A stretch of 62,784 nt of DNA from Patescibacteria group bacterium (GTDB lineage: Bacteria; Patescibacteriota; Minisyncoccia; 2-02-FULL-40-12; GWA2-44-9), in contig JBBTTB010000011.1 of assembly GCA_038064455.1 (NCBI GenBank), forward strand, positions 1 through 62,784. Reading direction: 5' to 3'. The notes under the pieces were generated by a model that saw nothing but the letters and a program-made list of their open reading frames with translations, had not been told where the DNA came from and searched no databases. Shown here one piece after another: positions 50,783 to 62,094 of this stretch. Each line of letters begins with the position of its first letter. Position 1 is the first letter of the stretch. Made by a program: the position numbers and the translations under genes.

Positions 50783-52140
50783 GGTTTACGACGAAGCTCC
50801 TGCATAAGAACCGACACGCGAGCTTCCGCATTGCGAAGCGCTTCGCGAACTGATGCCCTTCCAAAATTCACGCTATCAATCATCTCCGCAAAAATTGTCT
50901 CTATGGCGGCAGTATCTGCCTGGAACCAGCTCTGGGCAGTGAGCGCCTGATCTGCAAAAACGCCAAGATCAGGATCTGTCTTCTGACGAGCAATGATACT
51001 CCGCAATGCCGCAGGGCGGCGAGACTCTGAAAGATAGAGTGTTGCGCCTTCCTCTGAAGCCAAGAAGTCCACGAGTTCCCACGCTTGATCTATATATAAA
51101 GATGCAGCGGAAACAACAGGCGTCCAGTAGTTCGCATAGGTGCGAATGTCTTGTCGCGCAAGTTGCTGGGCGTGTTGTGGTATCGGTGCGATCGCAATAT
51201 TGAGACGCGGCGCTCGAGCTCGAATTGCCTCTATTTGATGTGCGTAATTGAACATCATCGCCGCATTCCCTTCTACGAATGCGTCAACGGAGTAGTGCTG
51301 TGAGTCATTCCATGTATACGAGACTTTCCCCGGATTAGTAAAGTCGGTGTAATACTGAAGCGCAACCTCCCCTACCGCTTGATTGTTTACTGATCGATCA
51401 AATGTTGCTTCGGTACGATCGGCATCAGTCATCTGGACGCCACTTTGTAGCATGAGCGCCGCAAGAATATCTGTTGAGCGATTAATATTGCGCGCGGAAC
51501 CGATTGCCGCCCCAGCGCGAATGATATTTTGACGATCATCTCGCGTCGTAAGCTTTTCGACTGCCTGATTAAATTCATCCCACGTGCGCGGCGGATTTTC
51601 TATCCCCACAGCGTTGAACAGGTCTCGGTTCCAATAGAGTGCTAACGAATCGACATAGAGTGGAAGTGAGTAAATTTTACCATCGGAGATGAGATCTGTT
51701 TGCGCGACATCAACAAACGCTTCCTGGAAATCGCGCTGGGTCATGAGCGGCCCATCGGCATCGGGAGCACGATCCGGCATAGGAGCAAGCTTTGCTTTAT
51801 GCTTTGGGAGCCATGTGTGGTGGATCATCCACACGTCTGGACCACGGCCCGCTGCAAGCGCTTCGATAACATCACGCTCATATGTCGCATATGAGAAAAG
51901 CTTATAGGTAACCTTCGTGTTCGGGTGAAGCGCCTGGAAACGATCGAGAGCGGGGCGCATCACGCGAGGGTCATCAAACACCCCCCAGAATGTAATTTCC
52001 GCACGAGTTTCTGGCGCGTTATTTCCTCCTCCAAAACCACGAAGCACCAGCACCGCGGTTAAGAAGACAAGGAGCCCAACAGAAACACCAAGTACATATA
52101 CGAGACGGTTCGGACTGGTAAGTGTTTGGAAAATACTCAT
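50779..52140 (-). CDS. ABC-type extracellular solute-binding protein (family 1)
   Basis: ITFWG, GPDV, GKIYSLP, LYWNRDLF, PPRTWDEF, FVEGNAAM. Confidence 0.9.
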   Translation of the reverse strand: MSIFQTLTSPNRLVYVLGVSVGLLVFLTAVLVLRGFGGGNNAPETRAEITFWGVFDDPRVMRPALDRFQALHPNTKVTYKLFSYATYERDVIEALAAGRGPDVWMIHHTWLPKHKAKLAPMPDRAPDADGPLMTQRDFQEAFVDVAQTDLISDGKIYSLPLYVDSLALYWNRDLFNAVGIENPPRTWDEFNQAVEKLTTRDDRQNIIRAGAAIGSARNINRSTDILAALMLQSGVQMTDADRTEATFDRSVNNQAVGEVALQYYTDFTNPGKVSYTWNDSQHYSVDAFVEGNAAMMFNYAHQIEAIRARAPRLNIAIAPIPQHAQQLARQDIRTYANYWTPVVSAASLYIDQAWELVDFLASEEGATLYLSESRRPAALRSIIARQKTDPDLGVFADQALTAQSWFQADTAAIETIFAEMIDSVNFGRASVREALRNAEARVSVLMQELRRKP

Positions 52141-52688
52141 GAGTTCTTTTTAAAAACGAGAATGTAATGAAAGGCCCCCGCATCCGCGTTGCGTTCAAAA
52201 ATAAAACCCTCTTTTTGCACAATGGCGCGCATATCATCTACGCTCGTGCGCATGTCGTCGGGTGGTCCCATGCCTCCCGCGCCCTTTGCCCACTCTACAA
52301 CCACCAGTCGTCCGTCCGTCTTAAGTACGCGATGGGCTTCTTGAAGAATTTGCCCCTTCTTCTGCGACTGGAACAACACATTTGCAACAGTCACCGCGTC
52401 AAGTACGACGTCTGGAATTCCGGTGCTCTTTGAAACTTCTAAATCTGCCCTCACTGTACGTATATTCTCGAGCCCGGCCGCTTGCGCGCGAGCTCGCACA
52501 CTCTCAAGCGGTTCATGTTGTACATCTATTGCAATGACTTCTCCGTGCGGCCCAACGCGTTGTCCGAGCTGAATAGTATAAAAACCCGTGCCACACCCAA
52601 AGTCGGCAACATGCATCCCTTCACGGATGCCCACATCTTTTAGAGACGCTGATGTATCTAAAAACGGCCGCTGTATATCGTCTGGCAT
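52137..52688 (-). CDS. Class I SAM-dependent methyltransferase
   Basis: VADFGCGTG, VIAID, RVLKTDGRLVVVEW. Confidence 0.9.
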   Translation of the reverse strand: MPDDIQRPFLDTSASLKDVGIREGMHVADFGCGTGFYTIQLGQRVGPHGEVIAIDVQHEPLESVRARAQAAGLENIRTVRADLEVSKSTGIPDVVLDAVTVANVLFQSQKKGQILQEAHRVLKTDGRLVVVEWAKGAGGMGPPDDMRTSVDDMRAIVQKEGFIFERNADAGAFHYILVFKKNS

Positions 52689-52729
52689 CACGTATAGTGT
52701 ACCACGATTCTCCAGCAACAGTATCAACA

Positions 52730-55183
52730 CTATGCGAGAACGACAGACACAACACGATCACTCGCTTCAAGTTTCATGACACGGACGCCCTGTGTCGCGC
52801 GACCTAAAAGAGAAACGGCGTCAACGGTAGTGCGGATAACCTGCCCCTTACTAGAAACAGCGATGAGTTCTTTAAATTCTTCGGACGCAATGTGCGCAGA
52901 AACCAGTTTACCCGTTTTCTCGGTAATCTTCGCGGTCATAATGCCCTTACCGCCACGCTTTTGAACCTTATATGCCTTGAGCTCCGTGCGCTTCCCATAG
53001 CCGCGCTCCATGACCGCGAGAAGCTGGAGGCCCTTTTCCGCGCCCGCAGGAACGCAGTCAGCTCCCACTAATCGTTCATCTGCTTCGATGCGCACCCCAA
53101 TAACACCACCCGCAGTGCGGCCCATGGGGCGCACTTCTTTTTCTTCAAAGCGAATAGCATTCCCTCCGGATGTCGTCATAATAATTTGATCCTTTCCCGA
53201 CGTCACCAGCACCCACCGAAGCGCATCGCCTGCCTTTAAGTTCATAGCGATCATGCCATTCTTCCGCACGTTTGCGAACGCATCCAGTGGTACCTTCTTC
53301 ACGACGCCCTGCTCGGTTGTCATAAAGAGGAACCCGCCCTTCCCCTTCTTGCTCTTTGAAACGGGCACTACAGCCGTGATAACGTCGTTTGAAGAAACTT
53401 GTAAGAAGTTTGCGATTGCCCGACCCTTAGACTGCCGCGAAGACTCGGGGACCTCATACCCTTTGGTTTGGAACACCTTCCCCGACTGGGTAAAGAAGAG
53501 AACGTTGTCGTGCGTGTTGGCGAGAAAGAATTGTGTAACCACGTCTTCTTCTTTTGTAGCCATACCGACGAGACCTTTGCCGCCGCGCTTCTGTGCGCGT
53601 AGCTCCTCTGGCGCAAGGCGCTTTATGTAGCCGCCATGGGTCATCATAAAGAGGGCGCTTTCTTCGGGGACAAGCTCTTCATCACCGATCTCTCGCAGTG
53701 CCGACTTCACCACATTCGTGCGGCGATCATCGCCATACGTGTCCATAATGTGTTGAAATTCTTCTTTAATAACTGCAAAAATCTTTTTTGGATGCTTTAG
53801 AAGGTCTTCGAGATATGCGATGAGTTTTCGCTTCTCCGCAAGTTCGTCATCGATCTTTTTGCGCTCAAGTCCTGCAAGTGTCTGCAGTCGCATGTCTAAA
53901 ATGGCATCCGCCTGAAGCGCGGAGAAGCCGAACTTCTTCATCAAATTCGCACGAGCATCTTCGCGTGCTTGAGACTTTTTGATGGTCTCGATTACTTTAT
54001 CAATGTGATCGAGTGCCTTACTTAAGCCCTCAAGAATGTGTGCACGATCTTTTGCTTTCGCAAGGTCATATTCCGTGCGACGCGTTACCACCACCTTGCG
54101 ATGAGCGATAAATTGCTCCAACAATGGCTTTAGACCAAGCACGTTTGGCTGGATGCCGTCCACGAGCGCCAACATATTGAAGTGGAACGTCTTTTGCAGC
54201 TCCGTAAATTTGTAGAGCTGGTTCAGGATCTTCTTTGGAAATGCATCTTGCTTGAGTTCAATGACTACTCGAATATCGCGACCAGATTCGTCGCGCACAT
54301 CTTTAATACCCTCAACCTTTTTCTCTTTCACGAGATCCGCAATCGCAATAACGAGATCTGACTTATTCACTTGATACGGGATCTCGGTGATAATAATGTC
54401 AAAGCCGCGCTTTGACTCTACGATTTCTGCACGGCCACGCATGATAACCGGGCCGCGGCCCGTTGCGTATGCATTGGTAATATCTTTTTCGTTATAAATA
54501 GTGCCTCCTGTTGGGAAGTCGGGCCCCTTCACGAACTCCATGAGGTCCGCGACGTCAGCATCTGGGCTATCAATGAGATGTACGAGCGCTTGGCACACCT
54601 CACGCAAGTTATGCGGAGGGATGTTGGTCGCCATGCCAACAGCAATACCCATCGAGCCATTCACGAGCAGGTTGGGAATGCGCGCTGGGACGACTGTTGG
54701 TTCTTTGCGAGACCCATCATAGTTGTCTCTAAATGCGACGGTGTCTTTTTCGATATCAGTAAGCAGTTCGTCGCTAATACGAGCCAAGCGAGCTTCGGTA
54801 TAGCGCATCGCGGCCGGGTTATCTCCGTCAATGGAACCGAAGTTTCCCTGCCCTTGCACCAATGGATAGCGCAGTGAGAAATCCTGGGCCATACGTACCA
54901 GCGCATCATAAATCGCCGTGTCCCCGTGCGGATGGTAGCGGCCCATAACTTCACCAACAGTGTTTGCTGATTTGCGAAGCTTCGCGCCCGCGACATTCCC
55001 CGACTCCCACATGCCCCACAGAATGCGGCGGTGCACTGGCTTAAGACCGTCGCGCGCATCGGGAAGTGCGCGCGCGATAATCACACTCATTGCATACTCT
55101 AAATAGGAACGCTGAACCTCCTCGGTAATATCGCGAGGAAGTACGTTCGTCGTGCGCTCGATGTGATCGTCAGAAGGTGCCAT
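52730..55183 (-). CDS. gyrA: DNA gyrase subunit A
   Basis: [29 protein letters not shown], GyrA-box QKRGGKG, beta-pinwheel repeats. Confidence 0.98.
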   Translation of the reverse strand: MAPSDDHIERTTNVLPRDITEEVQRSYLEYAMSVIIARALPDARDGLKPVHRRILWGMWESGNVAGAKLRKSANTVGEVMGRYHPHGDTAIYDALVRMAQDFSLRYPLVQGQGNFGSIDGDNPAAMRYTEARLARISDELLTDIEKDTVAFRDNYDGSRKEPTVVPARIPNLLVNGSMGIAVGMATNIPPHNLREVCQALVHLIDSPDADVADLMEFVKGPDFPTGGTIYNEKDITNAYATGRGPVIMRGRAEIVESKRGFDIIITEIPYQVNKSDLVIAIADLVKEKKVEGIKDVRDESGRDIRVVIELKQDAFPKKILNQLYKFTELQKTFHFNMLALVDGIQPNVLGLKPLLEQFIAHRKVVVTRRTEYDLAKAKDRAHILEGLSKALDHIDKVIETIKKSQAREDARANLMKKFGFSALQADAILDMRLQTLAGLERKKIDDELAEKRKLIAYLEDLLKHPKKIFAVIKEEFQHIMDTYGDDRRTNVVKSALREIGDEELVPEESALFMMTHGGYIKRLAPEELRAQKRGGKGLVGMATKEEDVVTQFFLANTHDNVLFFTQSGKVFQTKGYEVPESSRQSKGRAIANFLQVSSNDVITAVVPVSKSKKGKGGFLFMTTEQGVVKKVPLDAFANVRKNGMIAMNLKAGDALRWVLVTSGKDQIIMTTSGGNAIRFEEKEVRPMGRTAGGVIGVRIEADERLVGADCVPAGAEKGLQLLAVMERGYGKRTELKAYKVQKRGGKGIMTAKITEKTGKLVSAHIASEEFKELIAVSSKGQVIRTTVDAVSLLGRATQGVRVMKLEASDRVVSVVLA

Positions 55184-55206
55184 AGCTGAAGTATTCAATC
55201 ATAGGC

Positions 55207-55563
55207 TCACGGTGAGCGCAACGATCTGTCTGGAGTTGTCGGAAAGGTATATACGGGCGCATCACTTTCTACTTCCTCTGGTGCGCTCGCGGTAGAAAAC
55301 CCGAATACTGCCGCAAGATTTGCTCGCAATGATGCAAATATGTTCGCGAGACCGCTCGTCCCAGGCGCCGTCGGCTCGGGAGACACTTGGGCTATCGCAG
55401 GCGCATCGGAAGGTGTGGGAGGATTGAGGAGCGCGTACATATCATTACGAAATCCTTGGAACCAAAGTGCGCCTACAAGCGTAATAGTCAGCACAACTGC
55501 AAGAAAGAAAATGAGTTCGCGAACGTGTTGTGGCTGGCTTTGAATGTCTTGAATGAATGGCAT
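55207..55563 (-). CDS. Hypothetical single-TM protein
   Basis: ORF in an operon context with one hydrophobic helix. Confidence 0.65.
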   Translation of the reverse strand: MPFIQDIQSQPQHVRELIFFLAVVLTITLVGALWFQGFRNDMYALLNPPTPSDAPAIAQVSPEPTAPGTSGLANIFASLRANLAAVFGFSTASAPEEVESDAPVYTFPTTPDRSLRSP

Positions 55564-55574
55564 ACAAATACCCG

Positions 55575-56213
55575 CTAGAGCGTGAAGACGAAAAGCTTTG
55601 TTTCATCAACCGGCAAATCTTTTGCCACCACGCGTAGCGTATCACCTTTTTCCGGAGAGAGACCTACTTCTTTCAAAAACCGCTCCGGACCATCAAGGTT
55701 CGGAATAGAAAGCCCGTCCACCGCATAGTGCATCGGGATAATAATTTTTGGCTCAATGGCGCTTGCAACAGCGGCCGCTTCTTTGCCATCAATGGTGTAG
55801 GTGCCGCCCACAGGAACAAAAAGCACATCAACGTCACCAATCGCCTCGATCTGCTCGTTAGAAAGTGACGCTTGGCCAAAATCACCAAGGTGACAGAGCG
55901 TCACATCTTCAACGCGCACCCGGTATATCGTACTCATCCCCCGTTCAGCGCCTTCATTTTTATCGTGGAATGCTCGAATACCTTGGATGGCAACCCCTTT
56001 ACGCTCATACTCACCCGGATTGCGGATAATGAACGTTTCTCCATCGGTTCCGTCTGTTGCGTTGTGGTCGTGGTGCTCGTGAGACACAAGGATAATGTCA
56101 TCACGAATCCGTGGCGGCCGAAGGCCGATCTCTTTTGAGAACGGGTCGAAGAGGATGGTTACCCCCTTCGCCTCAACGCGAAAACAGCTGTGCCCAAACC
56201 ACGTAATTGTCAT
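55575..56213 (-). CDS. MBL-fold metallo-hydrolase
   Basis: ITWFGHSCF, SHEHHDH, HLGD, IIPMHY. Confidence 0.92.
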   Translation of the reverse strand: MTITWFGHSCFRVEAKGVTILFDPFSKEIGLRPPRIRDDIILVSHEHHDHNATDGTDGETFIIRNPGEYERKGVAIQGIRAFHDKNEGAERGMSTIYRVRVEDVTLCHLGDFGQASLSNEQIEAIGDVDVLFVPVGGTYTIDGKEAAAVASAIEPKIIIPMHYAVDGLSIPNLDGPERFLKEVGLSPEKGDTLRVVAKDLPVDETKLFVFTL

Positions 56214-56311
56214 ATGGATAGCCTATCATAGCCCGCGACCTGCTTCAATATCTCCCTAGGTTCAAAAGGGTTGCTTTTTTCAGCCTTTTTCGATACACTC
56301 GTGCGTACCTT

Positions 56312-57370
56312 ATGTTTATGACGACACTTAATGTAAAAACGATGAAAGACCTCCTGACGCGGGACGAATTTCGCCTCCCGAAGGCAGGATCCATTCTTTC
56401 TGGCACGATTGTGAGCGTTTCCAAAGGAAGCGTTTTCGTTGATCTTGGGCCAGTAGGTATGGGCATCGTCTACCCCGGCGAATTTCTTGATAGTCCAGAT
56501 CGCATGCGCGCACTAGCTCCTGGTCACACCGTATCAGCGGTGCTTCTTGAGCTTGAGAACGAAGATGGCTACCGCGAGCTCTCGCTCCGGTCAGCCCAGA
56601 TGACCACCGCCTGGCAGCGCATTCGCCAAGCAAAAGAAGAAGGCACGATCATTTCTGCTCCGGTCACCAACATTAATAAGGGCGGTCTCATTGTTGAAGT
56701 TGAGGGCGTTCAAGGCTTTCTTCCCCTCTCCCAGCTCTCCGCGGAACACTACCCAAAGGTAGAAGGCGGCGACACTGCAAAGATTGTCCAAGCACTCCAG
56801 AAGTTTAAGGGCGTTGAGATGAAAGTGAAGGTGCTTGATTTTATTGAAGAAGAAAAGAAGCTCATCGTTTCAGAGCGCGCCATTCGCGATGAAGCAGTCC
56901 GTGAAGAAATCGCGAAGCTCTCCGTTGGCGCCGAAGTATCTGGTACCATTTCAGAAGTAACCGATTTTGGCGCATTCCTGAAAATCTCCGATACTCTTGA
57001 TGGACTCATCCACGCATCTGAAATGTCATGGGGCTACGTTGAAGACCCTCGCACCATTCTTGAAGTTGGCGCTGAAGTGAAAGCAAAAATCATCGCGCTG
57101 GACGGTGGGCGCGTCTCCCTCTCTATGAAGGCGCTCACCCCGGACCCGTGGCTGAACGTAACCGACCGCTACAGCGTTGGTGCAACCGTCACGGGCGTCG
57201 TGGTGAAGCTTCGCTCACATGGTGCGTTTGTCGCCCTCGATAAGGAAATCGTTGGCATGGTTCCCGTAGCAGAGCTCGAAAAAACACCGCTCATCGCGGG
57301 AGAAAAGCGAACGTTCACAATATCGGCTATCGAACCGGCGGAGCACAAACTGCTCCTCGCAACGCAGTAA
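56312..57370 (+). CDS. rpsA: 30S ribosomal protein S1 (4 S1 domains)
   Basis: NKGGLIV, GFLPLSQL, FGAF...DGLIHASEMSW, RVSLSMK; start may be 56318 or 56342. Confidence 0.9.
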   Translation: MFMTTLNVKTMKDLLTRDEFRLPKAGSILSGTIVSVSKGSVFVDLGPVGMGIVYPGEFLDSPDRMRALAPGHTVSAVLLELENEDGYRELSLRSAQMTTAWQRIRQAKEEGTIISAPVTNINKGGLIVEVEGVQGFLPLSQLSAEHYPKVEGGDTAKIVQALQKFKGVEMKVKVLDFIEEEKKLIVSERAIRDEAVREEIAKLSVGAEVSGTISEVTDFGAFLKISDTLDGLIHASEMSWGYVEDPRTILEVGAEVKAKIIALDGGRVSLSMKALTPDPWLNVTDRYSVGATVTGVVVKLRSHGAFVALDKEIVGMVPVAELEKTPLIAGEKRTFTISAIEPAEHKLLLATQ

Positions 57371-57435
57371 GAAAGCCTTCGTTGCTCGCTCCGCCGCTTC
57401 CGTGATACACTCGCGAAGCGGCGGTTTCGTTTCGT

Positions 57436-59250
57436 ATGATGAAACTTATTCGTTCAATTGCCCTCACATTCCTTGTTTTCTTAGCGCTCTCCGGAATCGC
57501 CTCTTTTTTCCTTGGCGGCCCCGAGCCGGCGCGCATCTCTCTCACGGAACTCGCACAAAAAGTAAACGCAAAAGAGGTAAAAGAAATTGTTATCGAATAC
57601 GACAGACTCTCTATTACCCTCACAGATGAGTCACTCGCGACCTCGCAAAAAGAGATCAACACCCCCCTCACCGAAGCGCTCATTGCGCTCGGAGCAAAGC
57701 CGGAATTGATGAGCGCCGTTTCCGTGCGCGTGCAGGACCCCAGCGGCGTAGGCGCGTTGCTTGGCGCTATTCTCCCGAGCCTCATTCCTATTCTTATTAC
57801 TGTTGGCATCTTGTGGTATTTTTTCCGACAAGCACAGCGTGGCTCTCTTCAGACAAACAACTTCACAAAAACAAAGGCAAAGCTCGCTGTCGGTTCGCAG
57901 AATGGCAAAGCGATCACCTTTAAAGATGTTGCTGGACTCATTGAAGCAAAAGAAGAAGTGAGCGAGGTGGTTGAATTTCTCAAAGAGCCCGAGCGCTTCC
58001 ATAAGCTTGGCGCACACATTCCTCGTGGCGTGCTCCTCATCGGCACACCGGGTACCGGAAAAACACTTCTTGCGAAAGCGGTTGCTAATGAGGCGGGTGT
58101 CCCTTTTTATTATGTTTCTGGCTCTGACTTTGTAGAACTCTTTGTAGGTGTCGGCGCAAATCGTGTGCGCGACACCTTTGAAATCGCAAAAAAAACGGCG
58201 CCTTCTATTATCTTTATCGACGAGGTTGATGCCGTTGGTCGCCAGCGCGGCGCAGGACTCGGTGGCGGCCACGATGAGCGTGAGCAAACACTGAACCAAA
58301 TTCTTGTAGAAATGGACGGTTTTGAGGGTAAGGATGCCGTCGTGGTGATGGCTGCAACAAATCGCCCCGACATTCTCGATCCCGCACTTCTGCGCCCAGG
58401 GCGCTTTGACCGCCGCGTCATATTAGACGAACCCTCGCTCAATGACCGCGAAGCTATCCTTAAAATTCACTCGGAAGACAAGCCCCTCGCCGAGGACATA
58501 AACCTTCGCGTTGTTGCTGAACGTACGCCGGGTTTTTCTGGTGCAGATCTTGCAAACCTCATTAACGAGGCGGCAATTCTTGCCGCACGCTCACGGCGCA
58601 GTGAAATCCTCCAGATCGACGTTCTACAGGCTATCGAAAAAGTGATGCTTGGCCCCGAGCGCCGCTCTCATGCACTCTCGGTGCGAGAGAAAGAAATCAC
58701 CGCATATCACGAAGCTGGCCACGCGCTCGTTGCATACTCACTCCCCCACACCGATCCGGTACATAAGGTGTCTATCGTTTCGCGCGGACGGGCCGGTGGC
58801 TACACGCTCAAGCTCCCCTCTGAAGACAAGCACATGAAAACGCGCGCCGAATTTGAATCAGAGCTCGCCGTACTCATGGGCGGCTATAGCGCAGAGCACA
58901 TCGTGTTCGGAGATATCACCACTGGCGCATCAAACGATCTGCGCGTTGCCTCAACCCTCGCGCGACACATGGTGACGCAGTACGGAATGTCTGCGAAGAT
59001 CGGCCCCGTCTCTTACCCCGAACCAAGCGGAGAGATATTCTTAGGAAGAGATCTCGCCACAGGACGCGAGTATTCCGAAGCGGTTGCCGCTCAAATCGAT
59101 GAGGAAGTACGAACGCTCCTCTTGCACGCACAAAAAACCGCAAAGGAAACGATCACGAAACATCGCGAACAGTTAGAAAAGATTGCACAGACGTTGATAG
59201 AAAAAGAAACGATTGAACAGCAAGAGTTTTATGCCCTATTAAAGGGCTGA
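57436..59250 (+). CDS. ftsH: ATP-dependent zinc metalloprotease FtsH
   Basis: Two TM helices, [39 protein letters not shown]. Confidence 0.98.
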   Translation: MMKLIRSIALTFLVFLALSGIASFFLGGPEPARISLTELAQKVNAKEVKEIVIEYDRLSITLTDESLATSQKEINTPLTEALIALGAKPELMSAVSVRVQDPSGVGALLGAILPSLIPILITVGILWYFFRQAQRGSLQTNNFTKTKAKLAVGSQNGKAITFKDVAGLIEAKEEVSEVVEFLKEPERFHKLGAHIPRGVLLIGTPGTGKTLLAKAVANEAGVPFYYVSGSDFVELFVGVGANRVRDTFEIAKKTAPSIIFIDEVDAVGRQRGAGLGGGHDEREQTLNQILVEMDGFEGKDAVVVMAATNRPDILDPALLRPGRFDRRVILDEPSLNDREAILKIHSEDKPLAEDINLRVVAERTPGFSGADLANLINEAAILAARSRRSEILQIDVLQAIEKVMLGPERRSHALSVREKEITAYHEAGHALVAYSLPHTDPVHKVSIVSRGRAGGYTLKLPSEDKHMKTRAEFESELAVLMGGYSAEHIVFGDITTGASNDLRVASTLARHMVTQYGMSAKIGPVSYPEPSGEIFLGRDLATGREYSEAVAAQIDEEVRTLLLHAQKTAKETITKHREQLEKIAQTLIEKETIEQQEFYALLKG

Positions 59251-59323
59251 CGGCCCGTAGCTCAGTTGGTAGAGCAGGCGTCTTATACACGCCGGGTCCC
59301 TGGTTCGAGTCCAGGCGGGCCGA
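59251..59323 (+). tRNA. tRNA-Ile(TAT)
   Basis: Cloverleaf; anticodon arm GGCGT-CT TAT AC-ACGCC; discriminator A. Confidence 0.9.
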
Positions 59324-59383
59324 CAAAAAAGAAGACGCCCCTCGTGCAAAGCACGTGGGGCGTTTTTGCCACCGCCCGCCCCA

Positions 59384-59698
59384 TTAGGGGCCGGTCGGCG
59401 ACGGAGTGGTGGCGGGTGGCTTCGGCTTCCCGCCGCGCTTGCGACGCGGACCCCGCGCCGCGCGCTCGTCCGCCCGGCGCTTGAACTCGGCTTCCATGGC
59501 GCGCTTCACGCGCTCATCGAAGGTCGAATCCTCGAGCACTGTCCGAACCACCGCTTCGAGATCGGTCAGCGTGGGAGCGGTGGGCGACGGTGGGGACAAC
59601 GGCGTCACAGGTGCAGGGCGCGCCCTCCCACCGAAGAAGCCGAGCAGGATCAGGCCCACAGCAACCGCCTGCACGAGGATAAACTGAATTAGGCTCAT
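59384..59698 (-). CDS. Small membrane-anchored hypothetical protein (Pro-rich, basic tail)
   Basis: TTGACA-N18-TACTAT, AAGGAGG SD (GTG 59704 is an alternative start), N-terminal TM. Confidence 0.65.
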   Translation of the reverse strand: MSLIQFILVQAVAVGLILLGFFGGRARPAPVTPLSPPSPTAPTLTDLEAVVRTVLEDSTFDERVKRAMEAEFKRRADERAARGPRRKRGGKPKPPATTPSPTGP

Positions 59699-59786
59699 TT
59701 TCACTTCCCTTGTCCTCCTTGGGCCAAATAGTATCATATAAAATAGCAATCTGTCAATCTAGACTAAAAGATCCTAAAAAAGCGAA

Positions 59787-59816
59787 AAGCCTAGTAATGT
59801 CGACATTACTAGGCTT
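59787..59816 (-). terminator. Perfect 30-bp palindrome, probable terminator
   Basis: AAGCCTAGTAATGTC|GACATTACTAGGCTT followed by a T tract on the minus strand. Confidence 0.65.
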
Positions 59817-60001
59817 CGATGGCTTATCTTTTACAAGCGAGCGAGCTTGGACGTTTAAGCGCGTCGCGCTGTAGCGTTTTAGAGACTTCCCCTCTCAAGC
59901 GCGCTGCGCTACGGAGTACGAACGAAGTCGTATTGCTACCGAAGAACAGCACCGGTAGTTCTAGGGCGGTTCACGCAACGATTTCGTCACGGAGCCACTC
60001 C

Positions 60002-61204
60002 TTACTTGTTGCGCTCTTGAGCTGCGGCGAGGCGCGCCTTCACGTCCGTGATCTCGATCTGCGACGATGCCGCCGATGCATCGCCGAGCAACGCGCGGAG
60101 AGACGTGGCTTCCGCCTCATCCTTTCGTTTTGTTGCCGCCTCGAGAAGATCGAAGATCTCCTCATGGATCGGCTGGCGGGCCTCCCACGGCAGCGCCACC
60201 CGAGCAAGAGAGCGTCCAGCAAGGGACCTACGAGTTGTCAGCAGGTCTTCTTCTACCTCGGGCGCTGACCCATCCTTCATCGAGTCGACGGCGCCCTGCT
60301 GGCCTACAGACGAACTCCCGCTTGTTGCCATCTCAAGTTGAGCATCCACGGCGGTGGGGCCCTCTTCGTGGGGATCGAGTCGCTCGATCGCCGCAAGTAC
60401 GTCTGCGGAGATCGGTGCGGGAGCCACCTCTTGAGCTTCTTTCGGCGGCTCCGGCTCGCCCGACTGTGGAACCGAGAAGACGGGGAACTCTTCGGTTGTC
60501 GGCTTGCGCACCTCATCGGCGCGCAGATCTTCGTCAGTGAGCCTGCGCTCTCCACCACTTGGCCCACGCGGACCTTGTGGGGGTTCGTCGTCGTCCTCCA
60601 CCCTACCCGCTCCGCGCATGAAGACGAGGTAGGCAGCCAAACCGAGCAGGAGCGAGAGAAGCCCGGCTACGAACCACATGGGACGCGCAGTCTTTTCATC
60701 TCGACTCTCGGCAATGGCTCGATTCTGCTCGAGCGCTTGACGCGTGACTGCGCCCGCGGCCAGCTCACGCTGTGTTGCGGCGCGAGCTTGGGCCTCCAGT
60801 TGTGCAACGCGGCGCTGCAGGGGCTCGACCTTCGCAGCTACCGCCGCGTTGATCTTCTCCTGCAGAAGCCGGTCGGCTTCCGCTTTCGCCGCCTCGGCAC
60901 GCGCCTTGCGCGCCGCAGCAGCTTTTCGAATCTGCTCGGGGGTGAGTCGCTTGCGCGGCTCCTGGCCCTTGAAAACTCGAGTCGGAACCTGTTCTGCGTT
61001 CAGGATACACAGGTCGCGTTCGGCGACCTGATAGTCCTTCGAGACTCCGGCGCAGTATCGCACCGAAGCCAGGACGTCCTGCAGCCCAGCGGGCCCCAGG
61101 GCATCCAGCGGCGCCTGGGCGCGCGCCACAGGGGCGGCGACCAGGGCCAGCATCATCGCGACCATCGCGACGAGTCCGATTCTTCTCAATCTCGTCATTG
61201 TCAA
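60002..61204 (-). CDS. Hypothetical membrane protein: signal peptide, coiled coil, TM, acidic cytoplasmic tail
   Basis: 400-aa ORF with GC-rich codons, GGGGAGG SD and TTGACG -35. Confidence 0.75.
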   Translation of the reverse strand: MTMTRLRRIGLVAMVAMMLALVAAPVARAQAPLDALGPAGLQDVLASVRYCAGVSKDYQVAERDLCILNAEQVPTRVFKGQEPRKRLTPEQIRKAAAARKARAEAAKAEADRLLQEKINAAVAAKVEPLQRRVAQLEAQARAATQRELAAGAVTRQALEQNRAIAESRDEKTARPMWFVAGLLSLLLGLAAYLVFMRGAGRVEDDDEPPQGPRGPSGGERRLTDEDLRADEVRKPTTEEFPVFSVPQSGEPEPPKEAQEVAPAPISADVLAAIERLDPHEEGPTAVDAQLEMATSGSSSVGQQGAVDSMKDGSAPEVEEDLLTTRRSLAGRSLARVALPWEARQPIHEEIFDLLEAATKRKDEAEATSLRALLGDASAASSQIEITDVKARLAAAQERNK

Positions 61205-61302
61205 AGACCTCCCCTATCTCCCCCATGGAGACGGTCATGTCTTTTAACATAGAAATAGGCTAGCGTCAATGCCGCTCTCGTGCTATACTCGGTGCATCTT
61301 TT

Positions 61303-61376
61303 GGGCGCTTAGCTCAGTTGGTTAGAGCGACTCGTTTACACCGAGTAGGTCGGGGGTTCGAATCCCTCAGCGCCCA
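61303..61376 (+). tRNA. tRNA-Val(TAC)
   Basis: Cloverleaf; anticodon arm ACTCG-TT TAC AC-CGAGT. Confidence 0.96.
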
Positions 61377-61392
61377 CAGCTTACAATTCACC

Positions 61393-62082
61393 ATGACTCC
61401 GACCGTTCTTTTAGAAACACCCGATCTCCTCTTTATAGACAAGCCGTCGGGGCTCACCGTCCACAAAAAAACACCCGAAGATCCACAATTCACCCTCGCA
61501 GACTGGATTCTGGAACACTACCCGAACATGAGCACTGTTGGTGAAGACCCGCTTCGTCCCGGCATCGTGCATCGCCTAGATAAAGAAACGTCGGGCGTGA
61601 TGGTTGTTGCTAAAACAAACGCCGCATTCTTTTCGCTCAAAAAACAGTTCCAGGACCACACCATTGAGAAAGAATATTGGGCGCTTGTACACGGGAGCCC
61701 TCGCCCACCCCGAGGCACCATAGACGCCCCCATCGGCGCGCTCGGCAATAAGCGCACGACCCGCATCCATGGTAAGCGTACCCTCGTAGCCCGCGAAGCT
61801 ATCACCGACTATGAGACCCTCAAAACCTTTGAGCGATTTGCGCTCATCGCCGCCCATCCCCGCACAGGGCGCACGCACCAAATTCGGGTCCACTGCAAAC
61901 ACATAGGTACCCCCATCGCAGGAGACCCACTCTACACCACATCCACGCCCAGCCCAGAGGGCCTTTCTCGGCTTTTTCTTCACGCCCGCTCCCTTTCTGT
62001 TGCCGCCCCCGATGGTTCAAGGGTCAACGTCCAAGCACCCCTCCCGGGGGATTTACAAAAGGTTCTTGATGCGTTACACTAG
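61393..62082 (+). CDS. RluA/RluD-family pseudouridine synthase
   Basis: DKPSGL.VH, GIVHRLDKETSG, TGRTHQIRVH, GDPLY, LFLHA. Confidence 0.95.
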   Translation: MTPTVLLETPDLLFIDKPSGLTVHKKTPEDPQFTLADWILEHYPNMSTVGEDPLRPGIVHRLDKETSGVMVVAKTNAAFFSLKKQFQDHTIEKEYWALVHGSPRPPRGTIDAPIGALGNKRTTRIHGKRTLVAREAITDYETLKTFERFALIAAHPRTGRTHQIRVHCKHIGTPIAGDPLYTTSTPSPEGLSRLFLHARSLSVAAPDGSRVNVQAPLPGDLQKVLDALH

Positions 62083-62094
62083 GCCTTGCTTATT

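Noticed and set aside
59817-60001. Frameshifted small gene after 60002 (AAGGAG + GTG at 59990)
   Set aside because: Stops after 9 codons; the alternative-frame continuation has no recognisable similarity, so a pseudogene cannot be supported.
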